Source: Octopus vulgaris (taxonomy: Eukaryota). Taken from it: DNA of 64,000 nt. Where the stretch lies: assembly GCA_951406725.2 (NCBI GenBank), contig OX597816.1, positions 98,270,001 to 98,334,000 on the forward strand, given 5' to 3'. Within the stretch, counting starts at the first letter, position 1; every line of letters begins with the position of its first letter. Under the pieces are notes generated by a model. That model did no database searches, was not told the DNA's origin, and saw only the letters and a list, made by a program, of their open reading frames with translations. This document shows, piece after piece, positions 13,977 through 27,420 of this stretch. The position numbers were made by a program, and so were the translations under genes.

Positions 13977-14466
13977 GTAAGTCATATTTTCTTTTATCTC
14001 TGATATGAGATATCCATTTATGATTAAGAGCTGCGTTATGCCACAAAATTTGTTATTCATTCGTTCATGATGGTAGTCATATTTCAGTGTAACACTTAAC
14101 GTTTTTGCTCTTTGATACAATCTACCCACAGTGTGGATAACTATGGGTCTTGAGAGGGCTAAGCTGTTCTCTTTACATTTCCTAGAAATAGAAGGTGTAG
14201 CGATTATCTACACGTAACAATTGACAGGAACACGTACATTATATGCTCTTCAGTGCAGCGTCCCCTGCAAACTGCACATCACGTACCAATATGTGGTAAC
14301 ACTTATTATGATCGTAGCAAAAACAGAAAAGCTGACTATACTTTACTATTGAACATGGGCACATCTTTGGTCACAAGATAAATATTTTCGAAATTTTACA
14401 TCTAGCGGTTAGACAAGACGAATGCTCATGTAATGAACAACTGATACAGCATGAGTGCACACACAC

Positions 14467-14542
<76 letters not shown>

Positions 14543-14545
<3 letters not shown>

Positions 14546-15425
14546 CTTCCCTCTTTCTCCCTCCCTCCTTCCCTCTTCCCCTTCCCTCTGCTCCCTCACT
14601 CCCCTTCTCTCTCTCCCTCCCCTCTTTCCTCCGTCCTCCCCTCCCCTCCCCTTCCTTCTCCCCTCCTCTCATCTTCCCCCTCTCCCCCTCCTCCCCTTCT
14701 CCCCCTCTTCTACCCCTCCCCCTCTTCTCCTCACTACACCACACGACTTTACACATCATATTTGATGTGCCATACTAATACATACACCAACTAATACATA
14801 CTAATACGTACTAATACATACTAATACATACACCAACCCTATACATACACACGTCCAGACCCCTCATACGCACTTATACTCTCTCATACACACATACACA
14901 CACTTATACATACTAATACGTACTAATACATACTAATACATACTAATACATACACCAACCCCATACATACGCCTGTCCAGACCTATCCTACGCACTAATA
15001 CTCTGTCATACACACACACACACACACACACACCCTTATACATACTAATACATACTAATACATACACCAACCTTATACATACACACGTCCAGACCCCTCC
15101 TACGCACTAATAGGTGGTCATTCAACCCTATTATCAACCCTATTATCTCCCCTTATTTCGCTCTCGCGTCTCATGTTTGATCTTTGACTGCTGGCCGAAA
15201 TCAGATCGCCATGTTGATTCGTTAGTTACTGCACGCATTTTTTTTCTCTCCTTCTTTCTGTGTTTTTTTTCTCTCTGTGTATCTTTCTGTTGAAGAGCGT
15301 AGGCTCGAAACGTTAAAGACTTGTTTTATTTATATTTGCTGAGCGCCATACTAATACAATTGTTTGTTTGTTCTCCACCTGCCTTCGTCTTTTGTCTATT
15401 TTCATAAAGCTTCCCGTTATATATT
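14543..15425 (+). repeat. 5' pseudo-LTR of PLE
   Basis: Direct repeat of 19057-19845. Contains a polypyrimidine tract, (catactaata)n minisatellite and HHR motif. Confidence 0.93.
15282..15319 (+). ncRNA. Minimal variant hammerhead ribozyme in 5' pLTR
   Basis: tcttt-CTGTTGA-a-gagc(gtag)gctc-GAAA-cg-TT-aaaga. Stems I and II pair perfectly; the core has A6U. Confidence 0.7.
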
Positions 15426-16065
15426 ATGCGCTCACGTGGTCTCACTTTCATCCTATATTCTACCAATACCACTATCAACACTTACCTCTACCTTGGATTT
15501 TCTTTACCTCTTGGATACTTACCATTGGCTGCACCTCTCTTTCGCGGATCAAAGTGACTTTGCATTGATGTGAAATCCTTAAAAAATATACCACGACGTC
15601 TACACATTTCTCACCTTGAACTTTCAACCTTGAACTTGTTCGCATAAACTGTCCCGTTTGTTGTATTTTTATTTTCTCATATATTACCACTTTTTTTTTA
15701 CATTCATTTCATGCTTTCCACATTTTCCTGCATTTTTGTTCTCCTTTCCGTCTTTCTTCCCTCTCTGGATGTCCATACTCTGTTTCCTCTGCCTGCACAC
15801 CCCTTTTTTTTGCCTCCCCCTCTCTCTGCTTCCCTTCTTTCTTTCCCTTTTCCGTTTGCCCCGTCTTTTCTGCCCCTATCGCTTACTTATCTAGTTGTTT
15901 CATACGATTATTATTTTTTTATTTTTTTATTATTTTTTTGTTTTTTTGAACGTTTGTTTTTTCCCCTTTTTTTGCTATCCTTTTTTTCTATTTATTTCAT
16001 ACGATAATTTTTTGTTTTTGTTTTTTTTGTTTTTTCGAACGTTTGTTTTTTTCCGCTATCCCATC

Positions 16066-19000
16066 ATGCCGGATCCTAGGTCCTACCTCCTCACCCTCCA
16101 TCACCGTTTGAAGGATCATCGCCATTCTCTTCCTGTATATTGCCTTCAGCCGTCCGTTAATCTCTATCTACTTCTTTTTAAAAAAAAACCCGCTTCTCTA
16201 GCCATGTCTCTTTCCTAAGCCGCTGCCTACATCACCGACTCATCCCTAAAGGTTTCCGCCTCCACTTCCACCCTGCTCTCCACTCGGATTCTTCCATCTT
16301 ACCCATACTCCGCACCACATCTTACCGTCTTATGCGGGCCACCATTCGCTCCAATCTCTCTAAACTACATGCCATCAACCGCCTTCTTCCTCCTGCTTTC
16401 TCCACCTTCTTCTCCTCTCTGCCGCCTCTCTATGCTCCAAACACGCTACGCTTCATTATCCATTTGAATCAACTCTTCCATCAATTTCTTTCTGATACCA
16501 AACTTCGTAAACTCCAATCACTCTTCCATTCCACCCTACCCGACGCCACTACCCCAACTCCTCCACCACCCTTCTCCCCTCCCGATAGGCTCCATCCACC
16601 CACACCTAACCCCACTGCCCCTCCCTACAACCCCTTCTCCCCTCCCGATAGGCTCCATCCACCTACACCTAACCCTACTGCCCCCCCCAACCACCCCCCA
16701 CACACCTCCTCAATCCCTCTCCCTCAGACCTCCACGAGACCTACCGCCCCTCCTACTTCTATTCCACCCACCCCTTCTCCACTTCCGTCTGTTGTTACCA
16801 TTCCCCCTGATCTTCCCCTCTCTGCGGCTGAACGCTCCGTCCTTGGTAGGGGTCTGCGTTTCATCCCCCTCACTCCATCCTGTAAGGAATTCCAGACGCG
16901 AGTTGATGTCCACAGCTTTGTGCGCCGTGTCCGGTTGGGTGCGCATTACCACGACTCGCCACCCACACCCAACGAAGAGGACTGCTTCACTGGCCTGGGC
17001 CGCCGACCATCCCCGTGGACGCCTGCCCCTGGCCAGTTCCTAGCAGTGGATCTTTTCGCGGGCGCTTGTCAGCGTGCATTGGAGCGGTTCAACTTCTCCA
17101 GGCGCCAACGCCGCCTCAACATCTCCCCGGCTGAGCTCTTGGCTCTTCGTTCCCTCCAACGGCGCGCTGACATTATCATCAAACCGGCTGACAAGGGTGG
17201 AGCTGTAGTGGTGTGGCGCGCGGACCTCTATAGGGCCGAGGCTTTCCGCCAACTCAATGACACCTCCTTCTATTCCCCTCTGCCCTCTAACCCCACACGT
17301 AGCTACTAACAGACGGTATCCTCTACTGTCCACGACCTCATCTCGTCCTCCCGTCTCCCCCGCACCGCATCCAACCTAATTGTGCGAACCCCACGTACCC
17401 TCACCATTTACTTCCTCCCCAAAATCCACAAACCCAACAACCCTGGCCGCCCCATCGTCTCCGCCTGTAACTGCCCCACGGAGCTCATCTCTAAATACCT
17501 CGACCGTGTCCCCCCCCCTAGTGGCATCTCTTCCCTCCCACATCCACGATACCAACCATGCTCTCCGGCTTTTCAACTCTTTCTCCTTTCCTCCCGGCTC
17601 CTCCAAAATCCTTTTTACTATGGACATCCAAAGCCTCTATACTGTTATCCCTCACCACGAAGGACTGCAGGCCCTTCGACACTTTCTTGACCTCCGCTCT
17701 AACCCTGTACCTGACACCTCCACACTCATTCGTCTGGCTGAACTTGTCCTTACTCTGAACTGCTTCTCGTTCGCGGGCGAGTTCTACCATCAGGTCTCGG
17801 GAGTGGCCATGGGAACGCGAATGGGCCCCAACTATGCGAACCTGTTCGTTGGCTATGTTGGGGCCCAAATATTCTCTAATTTCACTGGTCCCACTCCTGA
17901 ACTATATGGTCGTTACATTGACGACATTATCGGTGCCACCTCACTCTCCCGTGAACATCTAGATTCCTTCCTCTCTTTCGTCCAATCTTTCCATCCAGGC
18001 CTCCACTTTACTTCCACTATCTCCAACACCTCTGTCTCCTTCCTCGACATTTCGGTTAGCATTCTTCACTCCACTCTTACCACCTCCATTCACTACAAAC
18101 ACACAGACTCACACTCATACCTCAACTTCTCTTCCTCCCACCCAGAACACACCAAGCTTTCCATCCCCTATTCCCAATTCCTCCGTCTACGTAGGCTCTG
18201 TAGTGACGACCATGACTTTGAGACTCAGTCTCAACGTATGGCTCACCACTTCACCCTACGTGGATACCCCCTCACCACTATCCACACCGCCCTTGCCAGA
18301 GCACGGTCCGTGGACCGTGTATCTGCTCTCTCTCCCCGAACCCGCCCTGTAGTCTCCCGCCTCCCTTTTCCCCTCACTTACCACCCCACGACCCTACGTC
18401 TCCAACGCACCATTCTTCGAGCTTTCCGTCATTTCCAGTCCGACCCGTTCACTTCACACCTCTTCCCTAACCGACCCCTCCCCTCTTTCAAACGAGCCCA
18501 CAACCTTCGAGACCTTTTGGTCCATAGCTCCTTCCCTGACCCTACCTCCCAACCCGGCTCGTTCCCCTGCTCCCGCCCTCGTTGCCGCACTTGCCCATAC
18601 CTCTCCAACACCACCCGCCTCACTAGCACCCACCATCGACCCTATCCCATCATCCACTCCTTCATCTGCACCTCCAGCAATATTATCTATTGCGTCTCTT
18701 GCTCTCTCTGCAATTCCTTGTACATCGGACAAACGGGACGCCGCTTGGCTGACCGGTTCGCGGAACACCTTCGTGACATCCACCTTGCGAACGACACACC
18801 GGTCTCACGCCATTTCCGCTCCACCGGTCACTCCTTGCAACACCTATCTGTGTTCGGTTTGTCCTTACACAGAGGCCATCCGGATTCCCGTTTGCGCCGT
18901 GAACAGAAATTAATCTTCTCTCTACGCTCTTATACGCCATTTGGTCTCAACTCTCCCCCCTCCTCATCTAGCCCCCCTATCCCCCTCCTCACCTATCCTT

Positions 19001-19248
19001 CCCCCCCCGACCCCTACTTCTTCAGTCCTTCATCCTTTCACCCCTACTCCCCTTCCCTTCTTCCCTCTTTCTCCCTCCCTCCTTCCCTCTTCCCCTTCCC
19101 TCTGCTCCCTCACTCCCCTTCTCTCCCCCTCCCCTTCCTTCTCCCCCTCCTCTCCTCTTCCCCCCTCTCCTCCCCCTCCCCCTCTTCTCCTCACTACACC
19201 ACACGACTTTACACATCATATATGATGTGCCATACTAATACATACTAA
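16066..19248 (+). pseudogene. PLE polyprotein: N-terminal domain, reverse transcriptase, Cys linker, GIY-YIG endonuclease; 2 frameshifts and 1 stop
   Basis: Motifs: HVSFLSRC..LIPKGF; IIKPADKGGAVVV; [18 protein letters not shown]; TMDIQSLYT; GVAMGTRMGPNYANLF; RYIDD; CSRPRCRTC; NIIYCVSCSLC..LYIGQTGRRLADRFAEH. Lesions: A9 run 16180-16188, TAA 17307-17309, C9 run 17510-17518. Homology ends ~18955. Confidence 0.93.
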
Positions 19249-19839
19249 TACATATACCAACCCTATACATACACACGTCCAGACCCCTCATACGCACTTA
19301 TACTCTCTCATACAACACACACACACACTTATACATACTAATACGTACTAATACATACTAATACATACTAATACATACACCAACCCCATACATACGCCTG
19401 TCCAGACCTATCCTACGCACTAATACTCTGTCATACACACACACACACACACACACCCTTATACATACTAATACATACTAATACATACACCAACCCTATA
19501 CATACACACGTCCAGACCCCTCCTACGCACTAATAGGTGGTCATTCAACCCTATTATCAACTCTATTATCTCCCCTTATTTCGCTCTCGCGTCTCATGTT
19601 TGATCTTTGACTGCTGGCCGAAATCAGATCGCCATGTTGATTCGTTAGTTACTGCACGCATTTTTTTTCTCTCCTTCTTTCTGTGTTTTTTTTCTCTCTG
19701 TGTATCTTTCTGTTGAAGAGCGTAGGCTCGAAACGTTAAAGACTTGTTTTATTTATATTTGCTGAGCGCCATACTAATACAATTGTTTGTTTGTTCTCCA
19801 CCTGCCTTCGTCTTTTGTCTATTTTCATAAAGCTTCCCG

Positions 19840-19845
<6 letters not shown>
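19057..19845 (+). repeat. 3' pseudo-LTR of PLE
   Basis: Direct repeat of 14543-15425 ending aaagcttcccgt-(TA)n. Confidence 0.93.
19705..19742 (+). ncRNA. Minimal variant hammerhead ribozyme in 3' pLTR
   Basis: Identical to 15282-15319. Confidence 0.7.
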
Positions 19846-19890
<45 letters not shown>

Positions 19891-20174
19891 GAGAGTGAGT
19901 GAGTGAGAGAGGGGGAGAGGCAGATAGATAGATTCAGAAGTAATAATTGCAGAAAGAATTAGCTGGTATATTTATTTCTTGATTTTACAATTCTTACAAA
20001 ATACATGGGTTGCAAAGCAGATATTACGTATGTAGATACGGATGAGAACAATGATACAGCCATGTCCATTAATTACATCATAAAATATAATTACAAAATG
20101 ATTGGCACCTGAAAAAAATGTTGGATCATCTGACATCATTTACACCACCCCACCCCCATTCATATATGCATTTA

Positions 20175-20330
20175 CAGGGTTGGCCAAAATCACCTGACAG
20201 TAAATCAAAACCATTTCATGTTCAAACTAAAGTACTTCTTTAGCGACACCATTTTTCCAAATGAATAAATAAAATTGAAAATTATTTATGGAATTTTGAT
20301 TTACTGTCTGGTGACTTTGGGCAAAACCTG
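20175..20330. mobile_element. Tc1/mariner-type MITE
   Basis: Imperfect ~36-bp TIRs cagggttggccaaaatcacctgacagtaaatcaaaa / ttttgatttactgtctggtgactttgggcaaaacctg. Flanked by TA on the left and CA (mutated TA) on the right. Confidence 0.8.
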
Positions 20331-22024
20331 CAGATATATATGTGTATGTATGTATGTATATATATATTATATCTAGATATACATACGCTATGTGTACATG
20401 TGGTTAGGTAATGAAGTTTGCACATTTTGGTCGTAAGTTGTATACACGAATAATCTAGAAATATTTAACGAACTAATTCCATCCACTTATCTGTCTGTTT
20501 AAGTATTCCACCGCTACTCTGTCACTTTCGCCGTTCCTTCTCTCCTAATGTCTTCTGTAAGTCATGGCACTTTGCTTTCTCTAGTTGATGTGCGTGCATA
20601 TATTTGAATTATGTAATTGTTACACAACATTAAATGCAGCTACTCATTTTCTACTGATTGGAATCTGCGTGACTATAGAATGATGCATGCACTTATTTAT
20701 TTGGAATATGTGTGAATATGTCCAGTTATCTAAGCAGACATTTATGAAAATCATTTCTTATAAACAGCTAATTTTCAGGCTATTTAGAGTGCAGCGGTTA
20801 ACAGCTAATATGTGTCAGTCTGATAATGGCCTGTTCTATGAAAAACAAAATGAGGTACATCGTGATGTGATTCACTGAAACGATTGCACTTAATTGCCTT
20901 TCTTTTGAAATTACTACTGAAATTACGTTTCATCAGAAATTTATGATTAACGCACTCATAAAGGAAAACTTTTCCAAATTAACTTCCTCGTCTCACTAGA
21001 ACACTTAAGTTTAGCACGACTCAATGAGCCCCAACAATCCTGCAATCTCCGAAAAGGTGATATCTTATTCAGAGCTGTGTTCTGATAATCAATTTTATCA
21101 CAGCACATCTGTTAAAAACGTATCATCTCTTCGGAGATTGCACATTTTTATAAAATTTTGAGTTAGACTTCTCATATACAGTTCAGGCAAAAATTTCAAA
21201 TAAAACAGTGCTTAAAATACTTATTGACTTTTGTAATATAGGTTTCTTTGTACTATTTACTCTTAATAGGAAGAATTAAGGTGTAAAATGTATTATAGTT
21301 ATATCAATTAAATATGAGTCAAACAAATGATTCCGCGTTATTCGTTTTACTTCAAACCTATATAATAATAAGCTTACCCTGGTCAGCAGTCATTTATGTA
21401 ACAAGACTGAAACCATTATTTCTAAGCTTACTTTTCAAGTTATATCAGATATACAAATTCATATTATATGTTATTTCATTGCGCACACCGTTGCCTTGAT
21501 CATAATTGAACATTTCCTGTGCTAGCTGTCCGAGAACAAGCTATTAATACAAATGAATCTAGTAAACTGTTAATGACATACCGACAAAAGTTATTTGAAA
21601 TGATTGCAACATTTGAACCGTCACGATGTTTCTTGTCTTCGGTACGTTATTGTGTCCGGAAACTATAATAGACGCTCAAATAGTCCAATCTATCTAACTG
21701 TACCACTTTATAAGAAGAAAGCAACTAAATAAATTATGAACTGACGAATCACATGTTTCTCAGTGCAACATATCTTGTGTAGAACGGTTATCTCTTGAGA
21801 CCTCGACAGAAACACACCCGTAGTATCATGCTCTTTCTTCTATGAAGTACAAAGATAATGACATAGTGTTAAGGTAAAATGTGTTTTTACTATTTATAAG
21901 TAATACATATAAGTGCATAAATCTTAGTGTCGGTTGATAAGGTTTTGTGGGATTAAAAGAGCATCATCTTTTGAAAGAACGACAGAGAAACTAGCATGGG
22001 GAAACAAAGGGCCGAGATGGCTTA

Positions 22025-23660
22025 TCTATAATATGAATCTCGTTCTGTGTACGCGTGTGTAAAAGATTATAACGGCCATATTTTTCAACTAATTTTCTCT
22101 AACTTTGCAACATGCATTACTTATGTTCCAGGGATTTAGACGCTTACAATGTTTCACATAATGAGTAATAGGACTCCCGGGGGCAGAAAATACCAGTTCC
22201 TGGGTTATGTGGAGAAGGGAGGTAACTCTTTGTGAAGTAAATTTCATTGGTCAAAAGATTATCAGTCTCATCTAAAATATAAAATAGAGGTGAGTGTGTA
22301 TTATCTTTTCACGCGTATCTCTATCTCTCTATCATTCGCTCTATATCTATCTCTCTGTCTCTATCTGGCTACATCTTATCTACCTATATCTATCTTATTT
22401 ATCTAACTAGTTAGCTCTCTCTAACTCCCACTCTCTATATTCCACTCACTCTCTATTGTTTTCACTTTAATTTTTCAGACACTATTGTTTGCACTTTAAG
22501 TTCAATCGCTATTGTTTTCACTGTTAGTTTTCAATCGATATTTACAAACAAAAATGACAAAGTTCACAATTACTGAGGAAGGTTTTTCATACATAATTTA
22601 CTGACAGAAGTAACTTCATAAAATTTGCTTCAATCTGTACACTTCGTTAAATTTGCCCACATATTTCTCATTTAATTTTGCTATGTTTTGTGCTTTTTGT
22701 TGTTGACGGAATTGCTGATAAAAGTAAAGTCATAATTTACTGATTGAAATAATTTCCAAAATTTCACTTAAATCCGTACACTTTCTTAATTTTCCTAAAT
22801 ATTTCTAATTTACTTTTGCAATGGCTTTGTGTTTTTCGGTTGTTAACGGTTTTTTGTCTGCTTCTTTCGATAGTGGCCCTTTGGTTCACTAAGTGACGAA
22901 TTTCGTTTCAACCCGTACAATTCTTTATTTTCCGTAAAATGCTCCAATTTACTTTCTGCCCGTTGTATTAAGGAATATACTTTCCGTTACCCAGTTATTT
23001 TCATTGTTTACTATCTTCTGCACCCTTATATTTCTGTATAGGTACATAAACATGCCTAGAAGGAAAGTGTCAGGTTTATCTACAATGTCAATGTCAGCCA
23101 AAAGAATGTCTTTGTCCAAGGAGAGACAGCTGCAGAAAGGGAAGCATACCAAGAAACAAACAGACTGCGCACTGCAAAAGCCAGAGCATCTTCAAGTAAT
23201 GAGCAGAATTATGCACTGCTGACAAGGAATTGGATCTCCACTGCAGAACGAAAACCAGTTGCAACAGCTCAGAGAAGCAGCTTTTATGAAGCAGCTTTCA
23301 ATTACGATATAGCAGTTCATTATGCAGATGATACTAGAGTTTCTATTGGTGCAACGACGACTGTGTGCATACATTGTAGAGCAAGGAATTGGCATGGAGA
23401 GACACCTGCACTGCAATGGTGGAAATGTTAAGCTCCCTGCAATCCCCCGACCTCCAGAGCCATTAAAAAAGCTGTTGTTAACTGAGCAAGATTCCAAGCA
23501 CTTCCAAAACAAAATTAAACAATACAACGCTGCAATACAGATGGAATCATTTGGAGCCACAAGAGATTTAACTGAATCAGGATTCATGCAAACTTCAGGG
23601 TCAGATTTATCATCGGATTGACTCTTTGCTACCTCTGTCAAATGGATCACCTGTTTTTTT
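22025..23660 (+). mobile_element. Helitron 5' portion: TC terminus, internal tandem repeats, decayed Rep N-terminus
   Basis: a|tctataatatgaa start; ~139-bp and ~27-bp degenerate repeats at 22450-22960; from 23052 the sequence encodes C.HC.A.NW.GET..CNGGNVKLP..P.PPEPLKKLL..SKHF..IKQYNAAIQMESFGA..GQIYHRI.SLLP. Confidence 0.8.
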
Positions 23661-23799
23661 TTATTACGAAATAAGATACACAAAACGTATTCTTGAATTA
23701 CGTGTATACATATATGAATTGAAAACTGCATCTTTACATTTCACTTAACGTTGATGTTCCATGCTGTCATGGGCTGGGGAGTTATTAATGTAGAAAGTT

Positions 23800-24075
23800 G
23801 GTATCTCAGCTACTAGCAGTTAAGTCCTGCGTAATCTGGACGACGTTTCACTCTTCTCTGTAACCTGAGCAACATTTTGTGTTGCTTATTTCGTAATCAG
23901 AATACAGGTACAGGTTATAAAAATGAAAGGCCGAATTTGGTGATCAATTTGATAGAGGTAGCAAAGAGCCAATCCAATGATAAATCTGACCTTGGATCTT
24001 GAAATTTTGCATGAATCCTGACTCAGTTATATCTCTTGGTGCTCCAAATGATGTCATCTGTAATGCAGTGTTTTG
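23800..24075 (-). mobile_element. Helitron Rep fragment, inverted relative to 23520-23650
   Basis: ALQMTSFGAPRDITESGFMQNFKIQGQIYHWIGSLLP. Confidence 0.85.
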
Positions 24076-24114
24076 TTGACTAATTTTGCTACGGTCATAT
24101 CTGTAGTATAGAAC

Positions 24115-24148
<34 letters not shown>

Positions 24149-26428
24149 CGTATGTATGTGTGCGTGCGTGCGCTTGTATTTGTATATAATACATTCGTAT
24201 ATAGATATATTCTACATGCATGCATCAAATCATTCTTTCATACATACAGTAATTATCCACAGTAGGTCAGGTGATATTCATTCTCATTTGTAATGCTATC
24301 GTCTACATCTTTGCAATTAACGTAAGACTTGCTAAAAAAATCTTGTAAAGTGTCTTCGTTCGTTAAATGTAAATGTATGCTTTTGTAATGAGAATCAAAT
24401 CTGCAATGAAGTAGGTAGCAAATTTAAACTGAAAATTAATAAGCTAATTACTACAACATACGCCATGTCAAAATAATCTGCAATGTCAGCTGTTGCAGAT
24501 TGCAGAGCCATCAACGCTGGATCCGATTAAATCGGAGACTATGGAGAACTCTTCTATGCATTATATAAAGAAACTGGAATGCTACATGGCGGTAATATAT
24601 CGCAGTTCCTTGCATTTTATTACAAATTACTTTCATAAACCACTATTATTCACAAGTATATACAGCAGTACCAGCAAAACTAATCATTAAAACTGTCTAG
24701 TAAATAAGTTTCCGCAACCCAGAAAGGAACTCGCAAAACAGGAGCCACAACTTAAGCAAAAACATAATAACAACTATGCGATTATTATTGTTACAAGGAT
24801 GTGTGTTAGTAGCTTCCGTGCCAACAGAAATGAGGGGGAAATACAAATATCTTAAAATATAGCTTACAGCATGATATGACTTTTTATATCATATATTTTT
24901 AATAATACACTTCTTGCTGTAATTTTACATAAACAGATATTCGTCATATACGTCTCCAAATAACTACATAAAAGAACGATGATGACACTTGTCAACAGAT
25001 AAACTACTTAGCTAATATTATTCATGATCAGTCAAGTGGCGACAGCGCATCTTGAAGAAAATGAAGTTTCTAACTTTAGGATATAGAATATTTTTTTTGC
25101 ACTGTATTGCATACCCTCGTCAGAATACAAACAAAAATTCATTGACGGAGAAGAACATTGAGCATTTGGATGCTCTCATCAGACAGGAAATTAATAAAAT
25201 ATTCAGAACAGCCACGGGTAAATCAAAGTTACTGAAATGGAATTCAATTACCCTCAAACACCAACTACATGCGGTCAACAGGTTTTTCACCTAAGAAATA
25301 ATATGATTATTGTACTACCAACAGTAATTTTAGCTATAACATACAGCCTGTATATTGCAGTTTGAAAAAGATTTCCTTTTATACAGAAATGCTTCTTCAC
25401 TGACAGATCTAGAATAATTCTGAGAACATGAATCTAGTTCTTGGACTGACTATTTAAAACATAAATAAACAACACAACAAAGTAGTCTAGTTAAATTGTA
25501 TTGAAATTTCTTTTAAACTTTTTATGTTGTTCACACTCCGAAATCATACTATATTTATTAGGGTTGTTGTTAATGTTACTGACTGACATCTCGATGTAGA
25601 AGATCAAATCTACTAAGTGGAAATTAGATGTGGTAATTTCTCATAATATGTGGTATCCGCGTATGTACTGCAGGGATATGATTGTTTACTGCTTTGATTA
25701 AAATACTGCAAATATCAAATTGCTTTTTTCATTCTACAAATGTTGCTTGCTCGCCTAATTGCATATTCACAAGAAAAAGTTAGCCTCGTATAAGATTTTT
25801 CTCGATATATTTTCAGTAAATATTATACAACAATTGAAAGTATAACAGTTATATTTTAATTATTAAGTTCATACATCCCCCCAAAATGTAGTTTATAGGT
25901 TTGCTCTCTACTAAAACGACAACTATGAAAATTGTGTTTAATTTTTTTTTTTTTTGCTATTAACGCATACACAGTTTCTCGCTATTGTTGGATTTTTGTA
26001 CTGACACATTACCTTTAGCAGACTCCAGTATGTAAAACTGATGATTCAAGCAAGAATTGCTGCACATTTGTTATTTCACTAACTCAATAATATTTTCTTG
26101 TAAAGATGGGATGACGAGAATAGTACTAATGGCTGAAGCATTACTGTTGCTGATAGTGTACATTATAAATTCAATAATCAGCATGCGTCTCTTCACGCCG
26201 AATGGGTGCAGTTAAGTATGTATTTTTTTTGAGATATATTTGGTCGTCGTAGCATCATGCCTGGTCTCTAATAAACTGACAAGGCGATTTTGTGGAAGTT
26301 AATATCCAAGTGAATTATAAATAAGTTAGCGTATGCAAAAACGAGGTGTAAATCATAAGCTTGTAAATGCTTCTGAAATATAAGACAATATGTGTGTCAC
26401 TATTCTTTAACTATACATGGGTGTGTGA

Positions 26429-26459
<31 letters not shown>

Positions 26460-26589
26460 TCACAATACACCATATACAAACTTATATTCATTGAAGGAAA
26501 TCCACAAAGTTTGAAATCTCTTAAGAATGTTTGGGTAGCAACATTATATCAGACAGTAAAAGAAACCAAAGGAATTAAATCATAGACTA

Positions 26590-27420
26590 GACAAGCCTAG
26601 GCTCCATTCGAGGAGATCAAACAAATATTGTTAAATAAAAGTTTATTAAATATGAATATCCAAAGTTCTATGTATAGAGCACATCCACACCAAAGTTTCT
26701 GTGACTAACAATATTAAAAGACAAATGTAAAAAGTTTATCAATGCTGCACAAATATGATTTATTGAATGAACGCTGACGATACCTGAAACAGATAGAATG
26801 TCAAACAACATAGTTTACAGACACCAGCAGAAATTATCTTAATATAAGCCTGCAAATTCCTTAGGTATATTTAACTCCCTCATATTAATATATGTTGGCC
26901 TCCTCCGATATATAACTTAAGTTCTTTGACGTTTATCTCTCGCTTATCTCTTATCTCATGCATTGATGGTCTCAAAACATCTGAAGGTATTGACCTACTT
27001 GAGTATTGTTCCATTATTTTGCAAACTAGTGATATTTCCTCCGATGTTGTCTCTGTCTATTTTTGGTTATAACTCCGAAGCTATTGTTCACTTATCATCC
27101 GGAATACTAAGTAATAGTTGTATATTTTTCACTGTTATTGCTATAAGAACTGTTTGATATACGGATATTTCCTTCTACCCATATTGATGCTAGATTGTCA
27201 AACGATCGCATTCTTAATTGACTGTATATAAAAAATATAACATAAGGTAACGAGGTATACAAACCTTACTCATTTTTTTAATATCATTTCGATTTATAGT
27301 TGTTATTCATTTCTAATCAATGATTTTGATTACACGTGAATCCTTTCCATCTATCTTCATATTCTATCGTGTTTTAAGTATTTCACCATGGTTTTCCTTA
27401 TCACATGTCTTCACGTTATG
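26590..27420. mobile_element. Highly decayed RTE-like LINE RT remnants
   Basis: Faint resemblance only to GCILSP.LF and L.QV..F.YL motifs on the minus strand (26960-27280) and to post-RT motifs on the plus strand (26600-26830). Confidence 0.25.

Larger units (their letters stand above)
14543..19845 (+). mobile_element. Near full-length Penelope-like retroelement (Neptune-type) with direct pseudo-LTRs
   Basis: Near-identical direct repeats at 14543-15425 and 19057-19845 flank an RT plus GIY-YIG reading frame. The 5' flank is (CTAT)n and the 3' flank is (TA)n. Confidence 0.95.

Noticed and set aside
14770-15110. Spaced short repeats resembling a CRISPR array
   Set aside because: (catactaata)n minisatellite inside the pLTR; spacers are themselves repeated, the context is eukaryotic and there are no cas genes.
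16175-16190. Programmed -1 frameshift at TTTTTAAAAAAAAA in the PLE
   Set aside because: PLEs normally have a single ORF; a homopolymer indel or sequencing error is more parsimonious unless the run is conserved across copies.
18955-19248. Pro/Ser/Leu-rich C-terminal extension of the 622-aa ORF
   Set aside because: Read-through into the polypyrimidine pLTR; no domain signature.
14543-19845. LTR retrotransposon interpretation of the direct repeats
   Set aside because: No TG..CA ends, gag, protease or integrase; RT plus GIY-YIG identifies a PLE.
24495-24597. Possible plus-strand exon bounded by ttgcag and gtaat
   Set aside because: No polypyrimidine tract and no recognisable peptide in any frame.
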